From positions 1 to 64,000 of the forward strand of contig KZ538405.1 in the NCBI GenBank assembly GCA_000934665.2: 64,000 nt of DNA, given 5' to 3'. The stretch comes from Catajapyx aquilonaris. Its lineage: Eukaryota. The stretch's first letter is position 1. Each line of letters opens with the position of its first letter. Positions 42,501-54,500 of this stretch are shown here, piece after piece. Under the pieces are notes generated by a model. It worked only from the letters and a program-made list of their open reading frames with translations. It was not told the origin of the DNA and did not search any database. A program made the translations under genes and the position numbers.

Positions 42501-45500
42501 CGTTTTAAAGCAACCACCATCCGCCATGACGCTTTTCTCCACGCGCCATACTGCCTTCACCTTCCCAACTCGATTTTCAACTCGTTAGGAATAGGTGTGT
42601 CGAAGCATGGAAGCAATCCGTGCGTATCTGCCCAGCTCGTGGGTGGAATTCATTGTGAGATTTTTTTTTTTTTTCAATTCATTTTTTTTTTCGGATGTGA
42701 GAGAGCAGCATCCAGTGGAGACTTTTGTTGGGAGTCTGGGAGATGGACCAGGTGTAAAAGTGGCGAGGGAAAGTCCTCCCCATGGAGGCCTTCCCAGCTC
42801 CTTGTCAGGCCTACTTATGGCGTTGTGACGACGCACAATACGGCGCCAGACCGTGGTCCTTTTTGTTGTTAAGCCCTCCCGTGAGAATTGGAGTAATGCC
42901 CAGATTGTTTTTTGGGATGGTTCCCTGATTTTTTTTTTTTCGGTAGTCCCCGGTCCCTCCCGTTTTCCTGAACGTGGTTGTCATCCACAAGGGAGCAGTG
43001 CGCTGGTCCTGTCGCGATTTTTCGGGGGGGAAGCTGTCTGGGATGGGTGGTGCGACAGACGACCCATTGTAAAAGAGGAAGGATATTGTGTGGAAATGTA
43101 GAAAACCCCGTGAGGGGAGGAGGAATGGTAGTTTCTGGGCCGGCAACCATCAATAGCCTGGGGAGGATAAGTCGATTCCGAGAGAGTCCCCACCCACGAA
43201 TGTCGCATTGAAATTTTTCTGTTGAGGATGCACCGCTGGAGGAGATATGAAAAAAAAATTTGAATGCTGGAAAATAGTAAATTCCAAGCTGTGGCTGGAG
43301 AGATTTTCTGGAAAGTCAGCACCCAGGTCCATACACCTAATCACAAGGGAAATTCTGCGGTACAGCTCGAAAATATTGGGACAGTCCAGTCCACGTAAAT
43401 CCGGTATATACACTGGGCAATCTTCATAAACCGTAGTGAACCCATTGCCAAAATTTGGCAAAGTTTATAATCAGTATGACAGTTGCAATCAAAACAACTT
43501 CAATTTACCACGTAATGCTATTCTTCACACATAGATGGCGCTTACTTCCTCTGCTCACTCCTGCCACCCGCAGGTCGTGCGGAAGATAGCGGTACTATCA
43601 GGTCGGACAAACATCCGACGGAGAGAATAAGCCTATAATTATTAGGAGAAAGATTTATACGTGAATCGCTTAATTTCTTATGACATTGCCATGATATAAT
43701 CGAGACTGGCTGTCGGATAATACGGAATGTTTCCGCCATTTTGAGTCCAAACTATATGGAGCGGATATCCAGCGAGTCGAGCCAGAAAAAAAGAGACAAT
43801 TTGTTGATCCCATGACCCAACATGACCATCCCCTGGACCAGCCCCAAGCCGTGAATGGAACGGGAGAGCGTGTCTGCTGCTGCGATAGGACCCCTAGGGA
43901 TTGGCTCAGAATTTGAAGCTTCATCCACCCTCAGTCGCTCTCTGGATTGGCCACCGCACACGGTCCACCGCACACCCCTCAGTAAAGGATGTACATGCAG
44001 GACACTGCATGTGTGCAAAGTCCATACGGATTTGTGTCAGAAGTAGGGTGGGCACTTTTTTTGGGAGTATGTTTTTCTGCAGAGGCATCCAGGGCGCAGG
44101 GTCCGGACTGAACCTGAGTGTAGCAGTTAGAGTTGGGGAGGGGGTGCAGACGCGAAGCCAAAATGGCGATCGATAGCTGCCGAGGGTTCCCGCGACTGCG
44201 CCCGACCCAGGATTTCACCCTCGACATCCCAGTCCCAGGGTTTTCTCTTCGGCCGTCCTCGGAGGGCAACACTGGCCCCACGAAGCAGCTCTTCCGTCCG
44301 TGTCTTCCTGCCGTCAGGCCGTCCCAGGTAGGCTCCTATATAAAAAAAAATCACGAAATTGTCCTCTAACGTCGCACTATCCAGGTTGAATGAACCGACA
44401 TGTCACCATCATAATGTGTCTGAGAATGTACAGGGTGATGCAGGAAATGGGATTAAAATTTATCGAATGTACGTACCACAATGGCGTGTCGTGCAGGCGT
44501 TTTTAGGTTCTCCAGTAAAAGCTTATTCTGACGAGGGTTTAATGCCTTGGGACATTATCCTGCTGCCGTCTGGTTAATGGCGCTCGGATGCTTATCCGCA
44601 TTTTTTACTGTTTACTTGGATGGGGGTAAACATCAAGCACTGATCCCTTCAAAATATTTGAGATGAATATGCGCATGACAGGACTGATCCAGTTCAGTTT
44701 AATGAACTGGAAAAATTTTGAGTGGAATTTGACGGCCTATACATGGTGCAAATATTTTTGCCAAGTCATTTTTTAATGATGGTGAAAAGGCAAATGTTTC
44801 ATTTTGATAATGAATGACAATTGGGGCCTAATCCGGTTGAGTTTAATGAACTCAACATTTTGAGTGACTCGTACGACTCATTGATCATTTTAAAAATATA
44901 TAAATGAGGTAGCCTACAGAACAGGTAAATGGCTGGAATATTATATTTCCAGATTCCGTATTTCCTCCAAGGCATCCGAATTTGTCATTTTATAATGACT
45001 CTGAACAGGCAAATATTTCAGATCAAATGGGCTCAATTTTCTCATGACAACTTCGGGACCGGATCCGGTTGAGTTTAATGAACTCAACATTTTTGAGTGA
45101 CTCATACGACTATTTGGCCACTTTTTTTAAAAAAATGAGAGCTACAGAACATGGTATAAATGGCTGGAATATATTTTTCAGATGTCCCGCGTGTAGCTCG
45201 TGGCGATTCTGCAAAATTGAAACGAACAGCTAATTTCGACTGCAGAATTTACGAGGTTTCCTATGTAAATATTCCCTGCTCTGCGTAACGAATTCATGAC
45301 TTAGGCGAGTACATACCTGACCCTTTGCATTATACTGTAACATCTCTTGTTCCGAGTGGGCTTTGTAAGCATATAAAATATATGCGGCATATTTTTTTCA
45401 GGTCATCCTCTCTGCTGGCTTCCCGGTTCAAATGCGTTTCAATTGTTTCCTTCCGACCATTTTTTGGGCGTCCCGGAAAAAAAAAATCCGGGGGCTATCC

Positions 45501-48500
45501 ATTACCCAGGCCACAACATGTCAGTTATACTGCAGCTGTAAATGATGTTGAGTTAGCGTCCAAATGTTCATGACTCACATTTCTGCTCCNNNNNNNNNNN
45601 NNNNCCCCCCGGACCGCGATTTTTATGGCAAAATGTGACACAACCGCATGTTATAAGCCGGCAATATTTTTTTCTCATCGTTGCAGAAAAAACTGAAGCA
45701 CTTATGCTTCTTTGGACCGTGTCTTTTTTAGGTTCTTTTTCGGGTATGTTATTCAAGGGAGGGATGTATGGATCGCTCACTTTATCGCCTTTTCATAACG
45801 GGATTTTGGCTCATGAAAATTTCTTCGTCGCACCATAAAATGAGCCAATTTTTCCACCCGTTTCTCTTCCGGTCCTCTTTTCAGAGAAAAAAAAATTTTT
45901 TTGGTAACTATACAGAAAAAGGAGCCATTAACGACCGTGGGAAGATGTCAGCTAGGTTTTTAAAAACCTGGGGGACATGCAATTAGCGAGATAGCTGGGA
46001 GCGTCGTTAAGCCCTGCAGTTATCGCACGCACATTTTTTTTTGCCTGGTACGCACTATTTGGCGGATCGACTAATTACGATTAATTTACTCGGGAAGGGA
46101 CTATGATCGATTTGGGCCACTGCGGTTTTTCCTGCCTTGAGTCGGTGTTTTTATTATGTGCACTATACCTTTTACAAGGGTCGTAATGCCATTTGATGCG
46201 GTTCTCTAAATAGTACAAAAAAAAACCACAATCCGGTTCAGAGAATCAGGTAATTATCACGGGCAGGGCGGGGTCAAACTATGGTGTTCTGGATGGATGT
46301 AAGGGATCCGCCCTTGGAGTGTCATCATCATGAGAAACCCGCGGGTCGTCTGAAGAGGGTTGTCCCCCCCCCCCTTTCCAAAATAAAAATTTATGGGTGT
46401 CCAGAGGATTCTGACTCATTTCCCCGAATTTTGTGGATGTGCTACTAACCGTCAATGATATCGTTTTTTTTTTTAAAAAAAGCGATATTTATGCATGTTT
46501 ACGGTCCTGTGCACACGCAAAAAAAAGCTGGTTAGAATTGCAAAAGTAATCGCGGAACTGAGGACGACCTTTAACCGATTGCAGATTTTTTAAGCAGGTG
46601 CATTTATTTGGGGCAACTTGCATAATGTTTGGGGGGCGTAATTAATTTTTTTTAAAGCCGTGATGGCCGTTATTGACCGCCGCCTCTTAATTGATTGATT
46701 GCACAAAATCGGTAACGGTGGTGAAATGAAGGCATTAACAATATTGGAGGATCGCATTTTATTACAGAACCTTGCTGGGCTTGTTTTGTTCAGGAAATCT
46801 GCATAACTTTTTGGAATAATGTCACCAGTGACTGTAATGAAACTGCAATAATTGCAATTCAGATGTTTGAAAACTGTGTTTCCAACCCGGTTGCATGTAC
46901 GTATCGAGCGTTGAATTTTTGGTATACCCACGCGCGGGAATGTCGCAAGTGCGTGTGTATGCTTTGGTGGGAGGGGGAAAATGTTGTAAATACATATGTG
47001 CTGTCTCCATGGCGATGCCCCGGGAGTGATTCCAAACCATCACCATGGAGGAGAGGAGAAACCGGGGCGTGTGTAAAAAGCACAATCCGGGTACATCCCC
47101 CCGGACAAAGTAACCAGGCACCCGGAATTGGGTGTGTGTGGGTTGGCGTTGCTGTGTGGATGGGACTTAATGAGTATTGATGTCTACTATAGAAAGAAAA
47201 TTTCAACATTGACGTCACTATATACGAGGGGGTTGGAAAGCCGCATGAAATTCAAATGTGTTAATGTTTCTACAATATTCAAATATTTTCTCGATACTTT
47301 GGGAGAGGGAGGGGGGAGAAAGTTACGTAATTAGATCTAGTTTAGTATAAGATGGGAGGGTTAAAATGTGTATGTGCATAGCGCTAATGAGAGAGGATGG
47401 GGGATGAAGGTAATGTTTGCAGTTTGGATTAAGAGTCGGAAGGGGGGTATATTTCGTACTGTTTCTGTGGGGCGACACTGCAAGTGAAAAGTTTTGCTGG
47501 AGAAACATCTGTCTCATTGCAATTTAATGACCAAAACTCTCCCTCGAGCTGTTTCCAGAGGACAAAAGATGCCATCGAGTGGAAGTAACGGCTTTTGGGG
47601 AAGAGCCTCAGATTGTGTGGGATGGGAGGGAAGTATGCTCGTAATTATCCTAGAAATTAATATCGCGGAAGACACCCCCCCGCCGCCGCCGTTTTGGTTT
47701 TTTTTTTCCACCAGGACATATTGTTGTGTACCGAGCAGCGATGTAAGTTGTGTAGGGTCGTTATGATCAACGTTTCAGAGAAATTGGGGCTGGGAATAGT
47801 TATGCCAGGTACTGTCATCAGTGCCAGTCATCGATGTCGATTGCTGCTCGTTGAATTATTTCGAGTGGGGCTGTCTGCTCTGTATGTACAGATAGCACAG
47901 TACGACCAAACTTGCCTTCGAATAAAAATAGTTGGCTGTTGAATTGAAAGTAACAACTATCATTTTATACCCAACACTGTATACAGCTTTTACGACCATT
48001 GTGTACCGAAATCACAACTGGCAATATACACTTGTTGACAATGCGGATTTGGCAACGTTTACATTTAATTCATGAATTGCAGTGCATGTTCGACGTTTTT
48101 CTGTACTCACCGCGTGCACTCGAATTTAATGAAATTGTTGGCCGGTTCAATACCTCTCGAGCGACGCAAATTAGAGTGATTTCAAACTTCAGGTTTATGT
48201 TTCGAATGGAGCCCCACTGAATATGAAATGAGGGTAATTTTGCTATCTGGAATTTAGCGTGGAAGGAAGATTGAGTCGTACTTGCACGCTATACGACTTC
48301 ACCGTCACATTGAGGGTTTGCAAAATTTCCTGCCCCTGCAAAAGGTTCGTTCACGCACATCGATTTTTATATGAGAATAACCCCACCCCCCTCTAGACCA
48401 TGTGGGGAACAACATCTTCTCTTTTATTCACCGCACGACTTTTCTGACTTCCGTCCCCCCCCCCCCCCCNNNNNNNNNNNNNNNNNNNNNNNNNNNNNNN

Positions 48501-51500
48501 NNNNNNNNNNNNNNNNNNNNNNNNNNNNNNNNNNNNNNNNNNNNNNNNNNNNNNNNNNNNNNNNNNNNNNNNNNNNNNNNNNNNNNNNNNNNNNNNNNNN
48601 NNNNNNNNNNNNNNNNNNNNNNNNNNNNNNNNNNNNNNNNNNNNNNNNNNNNNNNNNNNNNNNNNNNNNNNNNNNNNNNNNNNNNNNNNNNNNNNNNNNN
48701 NNNNNNNNNNNNNNNNNNNNNNNNNNNNNNNNNNNNNNNNNNNNNNNNNNNNNNNNNNNNNNNNNNNNNNNNNNNNNNNNGGGGGGGGGGGGACAACAGT
48801 GCGCTCTCTCTAAAAAAATCGAGTGAAAATTTTACTCAAAAAGGAGCAATTTCGCAAAACTATTTTTGAGCGAATTTCACTCGGGAAGGATTTACTTTAA
48901 CTCTAATCGAGTGGGTTGTTACTCGAAGGAAGATTTAAACGAGTGATCGAGTGAAAATTTTATTCAAAAAGGAGCAATTTCGCATTAACAATTTTTTGAG
49001 CGAATTTCACTCCGGAAATACCAGTATTTACTTGAACTCTAATCGAGTGGATTGTTACTCGAAAGAAGATGAAAACGAGTGATCGAAGTGATCGAGTGAT
49101 TTCCACTCAAAAAGAGTGGAAGTCAAAATCAAGCAGGCATACGAGTAAAATATCACTCATTTTTTTTAGAGTGAATACCGCCGATTTTGCTAATCATTAT
49201 TCCTAAATTCGCTGTACCGGTAGTTTACGCCTCCTGCTATACTGTTGTCCAAAAATGCACTGGCACAATCTCACCACGTTTGGTAGTGAATTGTCGCTTC
49301 CAGATTGTATAGCAATGAATGTACTCGATACGGTAATTATTTCATATCAATAAGGGATTTTTTTCAGGACATGGTCAAAATATTCGACCTTTTGTACCAT
49401 AACTTTGCTCACGAAATCATTTTGCAGGATTCTTACCACACGGGTCCGGTTTCTCAATCCCAAAGACGGATGAGGTTTAATTATAATCGTGGAAGAGTGC
49501 GGATCACATTCCTGAGTCTACAGAAGAAGCCCCATTACACACACCCCATGCAGTTTGAGGAGGGGGTCTGGAGATTATAGGCATTCAAGATGTGGCCGCA
49601 TAGTCTTGAGAGGGAAAAATAGTGGGAGATGGGGAGATGGTGTAATTGAATTGGGGAGGGCCAAGACCAGCATTTTGAGACCTTCCTGGTACAGATAGTC
49701 GATACTCTTAATTCCCCCAGATGACGCTCTTATCTGTCTGCGCCTCTTGCCTTTGCAGCCCCAGATTCTTCAGGGGTTTTTCGCAGATCGAAAAGCAGAT
49801 CTTGGGAAGAAAGGGGGATGGAATGGACGGTATAAAAAAGTTGAAGGAAGACGTATATTAGATTTCTCAGTGCTGCTGGAAAACTCCTGGGCTAAAATGT
49901 GCCTCTTGTTCCATGAAGTTGAAGCGCAGAGTAATTTTGAGGGGAAGAAGAATGTTGAAGTTATTTTTCTCCCATCCTTGTCTGCTTTTTTTTTTTTTTT
50001 TGCTGATGGGAATTGCAGTGTGTGTGTGTGGGTGTGTGTTTTGGAAACCACACCCTGAGGCTGGTTTTAAAATTCGTGTAGTTATGCCCAGTTTTGGAAT
50101 GGAGACGTCCGGCTCAGGCATGTTTAATTACACCGAAAAAGCTCAAGGCGCAGATATACTGTAACCGCTGGGAATTTGCGGCCGTGTGAAACAAAACGGC
50201 GACCACTTTTGCAGCTGGGAAAACCATCTTGCGGAGGAGTTTCAATGAAGCGAAATCTCTAGAGAGGGTTTTGCCGAGGGAGCTGACGAAGCGATATTAC
50301 AATGTTGGAGATATCTTCCCTCCAAAAAAATCCTATTCAACGAAGGACAAAAAAAGGGAGGGGTGAAAATCGCGAACACTGCGTCTTTTTTTCCGATATG
50401 AAAATTTTCTTTGTCACTTCGGCACCTCCATATTTTAAAAAATCCCCAGGAGGTTATTTTGCAACTTTGAATACCGGTCCCCCATTTTTTTTTGTGAAAA
50501 AACTCGCGGATCTAATTATTTGGTTGGAAGAAAGTTTTAATTGGAGGACTTAATTTTTTTGACGCCGAATCACGTTTTCTGTCAGTTCCTACTAATTTGC
50601 ATACCGGTGTCTTCCAGTGAAATTTTTGCACAAAAAAATGGGATTGACTGATACAACCTGCTGAAGATGAATTTGCAAAAAAAAAAAAAAAAATCCGCAG
50701 CTTACTGGCTGAGAACAACGTCATTAGCCCTTATCCAAAGCCCGGTTGTTCGCCCAACAATTTACATACATTCAGCCTTAATCGGTCTGGCACCCTGCAT
50801 ACAGTACAGCTGGCAATTAGTGGACGAAAAAAAATGTACGAAATAATTGTTTAAAAAAATTTGTAGTGATATTTACCAACTCTAGAAAACTATAGTCTCC
50901 CTCTGCACACTACTGCTGCTCTCAGGGGGGAAAGTAGCACTACATGCACGTTGGTGATGAGTCTCAACACTGACAAACTTGTAGACACACAGAATAAGGA
51001 GATTAGGTTTTAGTATAGATGGCAAACTATTTTCAGCTCCTGTCAGAAACTCTCCTAGACATCTACGTAATGTTCGTGCTATGTTTTAGCTCGAGGCGAC
51101 TCTCCATTTCCAATTTTCTGCTGGGGTGAGAGTTTGGATTGTAATGTACATCAGTTCGCGAATTGCGCCCAGGGGCCAAACCTCTTTGTTGGAAAGGCTG
51201 GAACTTTGCTGCTGGCACTTTGTCTCGGTTTCTGCTCGCGGTTTTACGGGTTTCCGGAAAACTTGACGGAGCTGCTTCTGGCACGAGTTGTGTACTGGTT
51301 GAATGCGTGGGTTGGAAGGTGAGGATTTTTTATTTTTTGGGGTACAAAAATTATGGCGCGGTATGGCCAGCTGGGGACGACGTGTTTACAAGGCGTGGAC
51401 ATGTGCAGGTACCGGCCTAATGGTATAGACATTAGATAAAGTCACATCCGAAGTTAGGTTCCGATCCGGAAAACTTGTAAAATTCCGCGATAACTTCTGT

Positions 51501-54500
51501 GAGGCTTGGATTCCGTTTTCAGCTAAAATCACGTCTTGAATCGTCGTGGTTGGAGTACCGTGTTTATCTCTCATCTCTTACTCGCTTTTTTTTTTTCGTC
51601 TCATCCTTGGCGATTCAACCGTGGAAATAAGCCCGTCTCCATGCAGCCCCCACAACTGATGTCGCAATGAATAATTCGCGAGGACGTGAAACGCCGCTCC
51701 TCGAAAGATCGCTTTTTATGAGAACCTGTAGCTGCGACTTTTTTTTTCTTTTTCGCCAAACTTTGAAAAGGGTTAGAAAAATAAAAGTGAAGACAGAGGA
51801 AAACGGTGCAAGACCTACAGATTTATCCGAGCGTACGAGATGAAACGAGGCGTGCTACTAATTACCTCACTGTTTCCTACAATTTTCGGATCCTTGCTGT
51901 TTGTGTCAGCTCTTCGCGGATTTTTTTTTTGCGAGGAATCAAACGGAAACATCTAACAAGGTGGTTTTAGCAGAAAGTGTTGAAATGGTTGCGAATATTT
52001 CGCAACGTGGCAGGAATCTCCATTTCTTTTCTTTTTTAAATTATTATCAATGCAGCAGATTCATGCGGATATTTCTCGGGCTCGTAAATTTCGTTATTGG
52101 TAATTAATTTTCCAGTCGCAATTGGATTTCCGGTAAGAGTGATTGGATTTTCAGGGGGCCGAAGATTTTTGGGCGAGAATTGGCCCCGGATTTTTTTTTT
52201 TTGTTGCACCGTCTGGGAAATCCGGGGCCATTCTTGAAAATTGCTATAGCGTATAAAACGGGGTATTGATTTCGTCCCCGTAATTTTCTGCAGCCGTTAA
52301 ATTGATCAAACACACCGTTTTACCTTTGGCGAACTTTGCAACAATGGCGCGTTGCACTAATTGGCGCTTTTCGAGAGAGAGAGAAAAAAAAAAGGAGGAT
52401 CCATTGTTGGATGATGTTCCTCCCAAATGGACTGCTTTTAACCCTTACTCTGAGACGGAGGCGGGAGATCTTTTAATGGACCGCCAGTTTTTTTTTCTTC
52501 TCTCGGAGAGTGATTAATATTTCTGGAGCTTTTGCCCTGCAAGGCGGAATTTTTCGTTACCTTTTTCTTCCNCCCCCCCCCCCCCCTTCAGTTTCTCGGC
52601 TCTTGTGTTCTCGTAGGGATATAATCGGAGAAGAAATTGTTAAGGCTTCCATCCATCTTTGTCAGGAATAATTGCGGAAGTATGAAGCTGTCAGCGGTTC
52701 TATCATGAATTGCCAGTATCGAAGAACGATTTTTTTTATTATTTAAAAAATGGTGTTTGTTTAACTAGATGTCGGATTAGGGACGTCCTAGTTAGCTAGT
52801 GAGGCTAATGTGCTAATGCGCAGAAAATTTTCAACCTACCCGGATTTGGCCAAGTTTGTGCACGGCTTCCTCTGCGGTTTTGGCTGAAATTGCATGGGGT
52901 TTTGGCCCTGAGCTTCTCTTTTTTTCCCCCCCACCCCTTCCCAAAAAGTCTAGAAACTCTCAGTGGGGAAAGGAAACTGTTTTATTGGTCCCCAGTTGTG
53001 TTTGCGCTCCTGGCATCATCAAACTCCAGCTCCTTATATCTTGGCAGACTCATTGAAGGGAATGGCGGTATATTGGGCTCTGTGGGGGAAAGATGGGGAA
53101 CAAAACCAAGCCAAATTGGACTGTCAAAAAACATGGGGGGTGTCATCTCAGAAGGTGCCAATCACAGCCCATAATCCGGGTTCAAATATTTGGCCCCATT
53201 TTGCTGACTTTTTTTTTGGCGAATTGTATCGATTTGCTAACATTTTGAGAGTGTCCGATAGCCATCTAGGACCTTGCCTCTTTTCAACAAGAAAGTAACA
53301 GAGTTCTATTGAAAGGAAAAAAAAGTTAGAGTCCGAGATCAGTTACAAGTCTATTTTGGAGAGAGGTTCTCTGTTGGTGCCGGTTCTTGGGCTTCTAAGT
53401 GAGACGAATGGTCGGTGAAGTTTCTCTCCAGCGGAAAACTCCGGAGGGGCCTTTTTAGATCTCCGTAAAGCTTCCATCCCAGCCTCCCACCACCACCTCT
53501 TAAAACGGGATTTAGCGGACTCACTGCAAGGGACAAGCTGAACACCACAAAAGAAAGAAAGAAAAAATTTGGCTTTAGCATATTTTTTTTTGCGGAATAT
53601 TTAAGCGTTGTTTAATTAACGTCCATTGCAAGATTGCTGGAAGTAAAGTGGATTATAAGCAGATTTAGCAAGTGGCAAATGCGTTCGCCCATTAGTTGAT
53701 GAGAAATTTCTTGGGGGAGGGGAAGGGGCGCGACTTGCCGATAATTTGTAGAGCTTTTGGCTTAAATATAACCCGGATTTGGAAGATCCTGTCTCCGGAT
53801 AAATAATGGGGACTGAAGCTAACTTGTAATCACTGCTATTTGTAACTGAAATTCGTCGTTGTTAGTCTCGTTGAATTCAGTGTTATGCTATTAAAATCCT
53901 TGTGATATTTGACTGAGGCTTTTGATTAGCACCCGTTCTGCGACTGCGCAAAAGGGAGGAGAAACGACGCGCGCAGGTCGAGACAGCGCCTCTGGTGGAT
54001 GGAAGGAGGTACTATTCATTTGCTTACTGTCGGGCGGAAGGTAAACAGCAATAGGTCTTATTTCTAACAACAACATGTCGCATCGGTTTTACGTCCGTTA
54101 TTGGAGAGAGCAGCGTGCATTACACATTCATGATTCTATTACCATTTAAAAAGTCAATTACAATATTTTTGCACTTCAGCATTTGCTCGTAGCAATTGGA
54201 TAAAGCCCATGCATTTCTAATTATTGGAAATGATTTATGATATTGATCTGGCGGCTCTAAATGTGGGTAGGATGCTCCATGTTTCAGGTCGCACGGTTTC
54301 GGGAGTAGTGGTCATGTTTCATTAAAAGTGGGAGGGGGTAGGGGGGGGGGGAATGAAAATTGAAAGTACTCGGCTAATTACACGGCAATGAACTTCGGGG
54401 CCAGCCCGCATGATTGCTGCGATCTGTCATGCCATTGGAAAGCTCGGATCCTGCTGATTCTGCCGATTGAACCTAACTTGTAAGTGTAAATTCGCACCCT

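Noticed and set aside
48371..48869. Long ORFs containing X runs
   Set aside because: Artefact of the N gap.
48806..49173. Possible CRISPR-like repeat array (also considered for 44676-45190)
   Set aside because: Units are long degenerate tandem copies without unique spacers, in a eukaryotic intron, with no cas genes.
51151..51324. TCAGTT Inr-like motif and AAG|GTGAGG donor
   Set aside because: No in-frame ATG for phase 0. It could be a non-coding exon, but motifs alone are insufficient.
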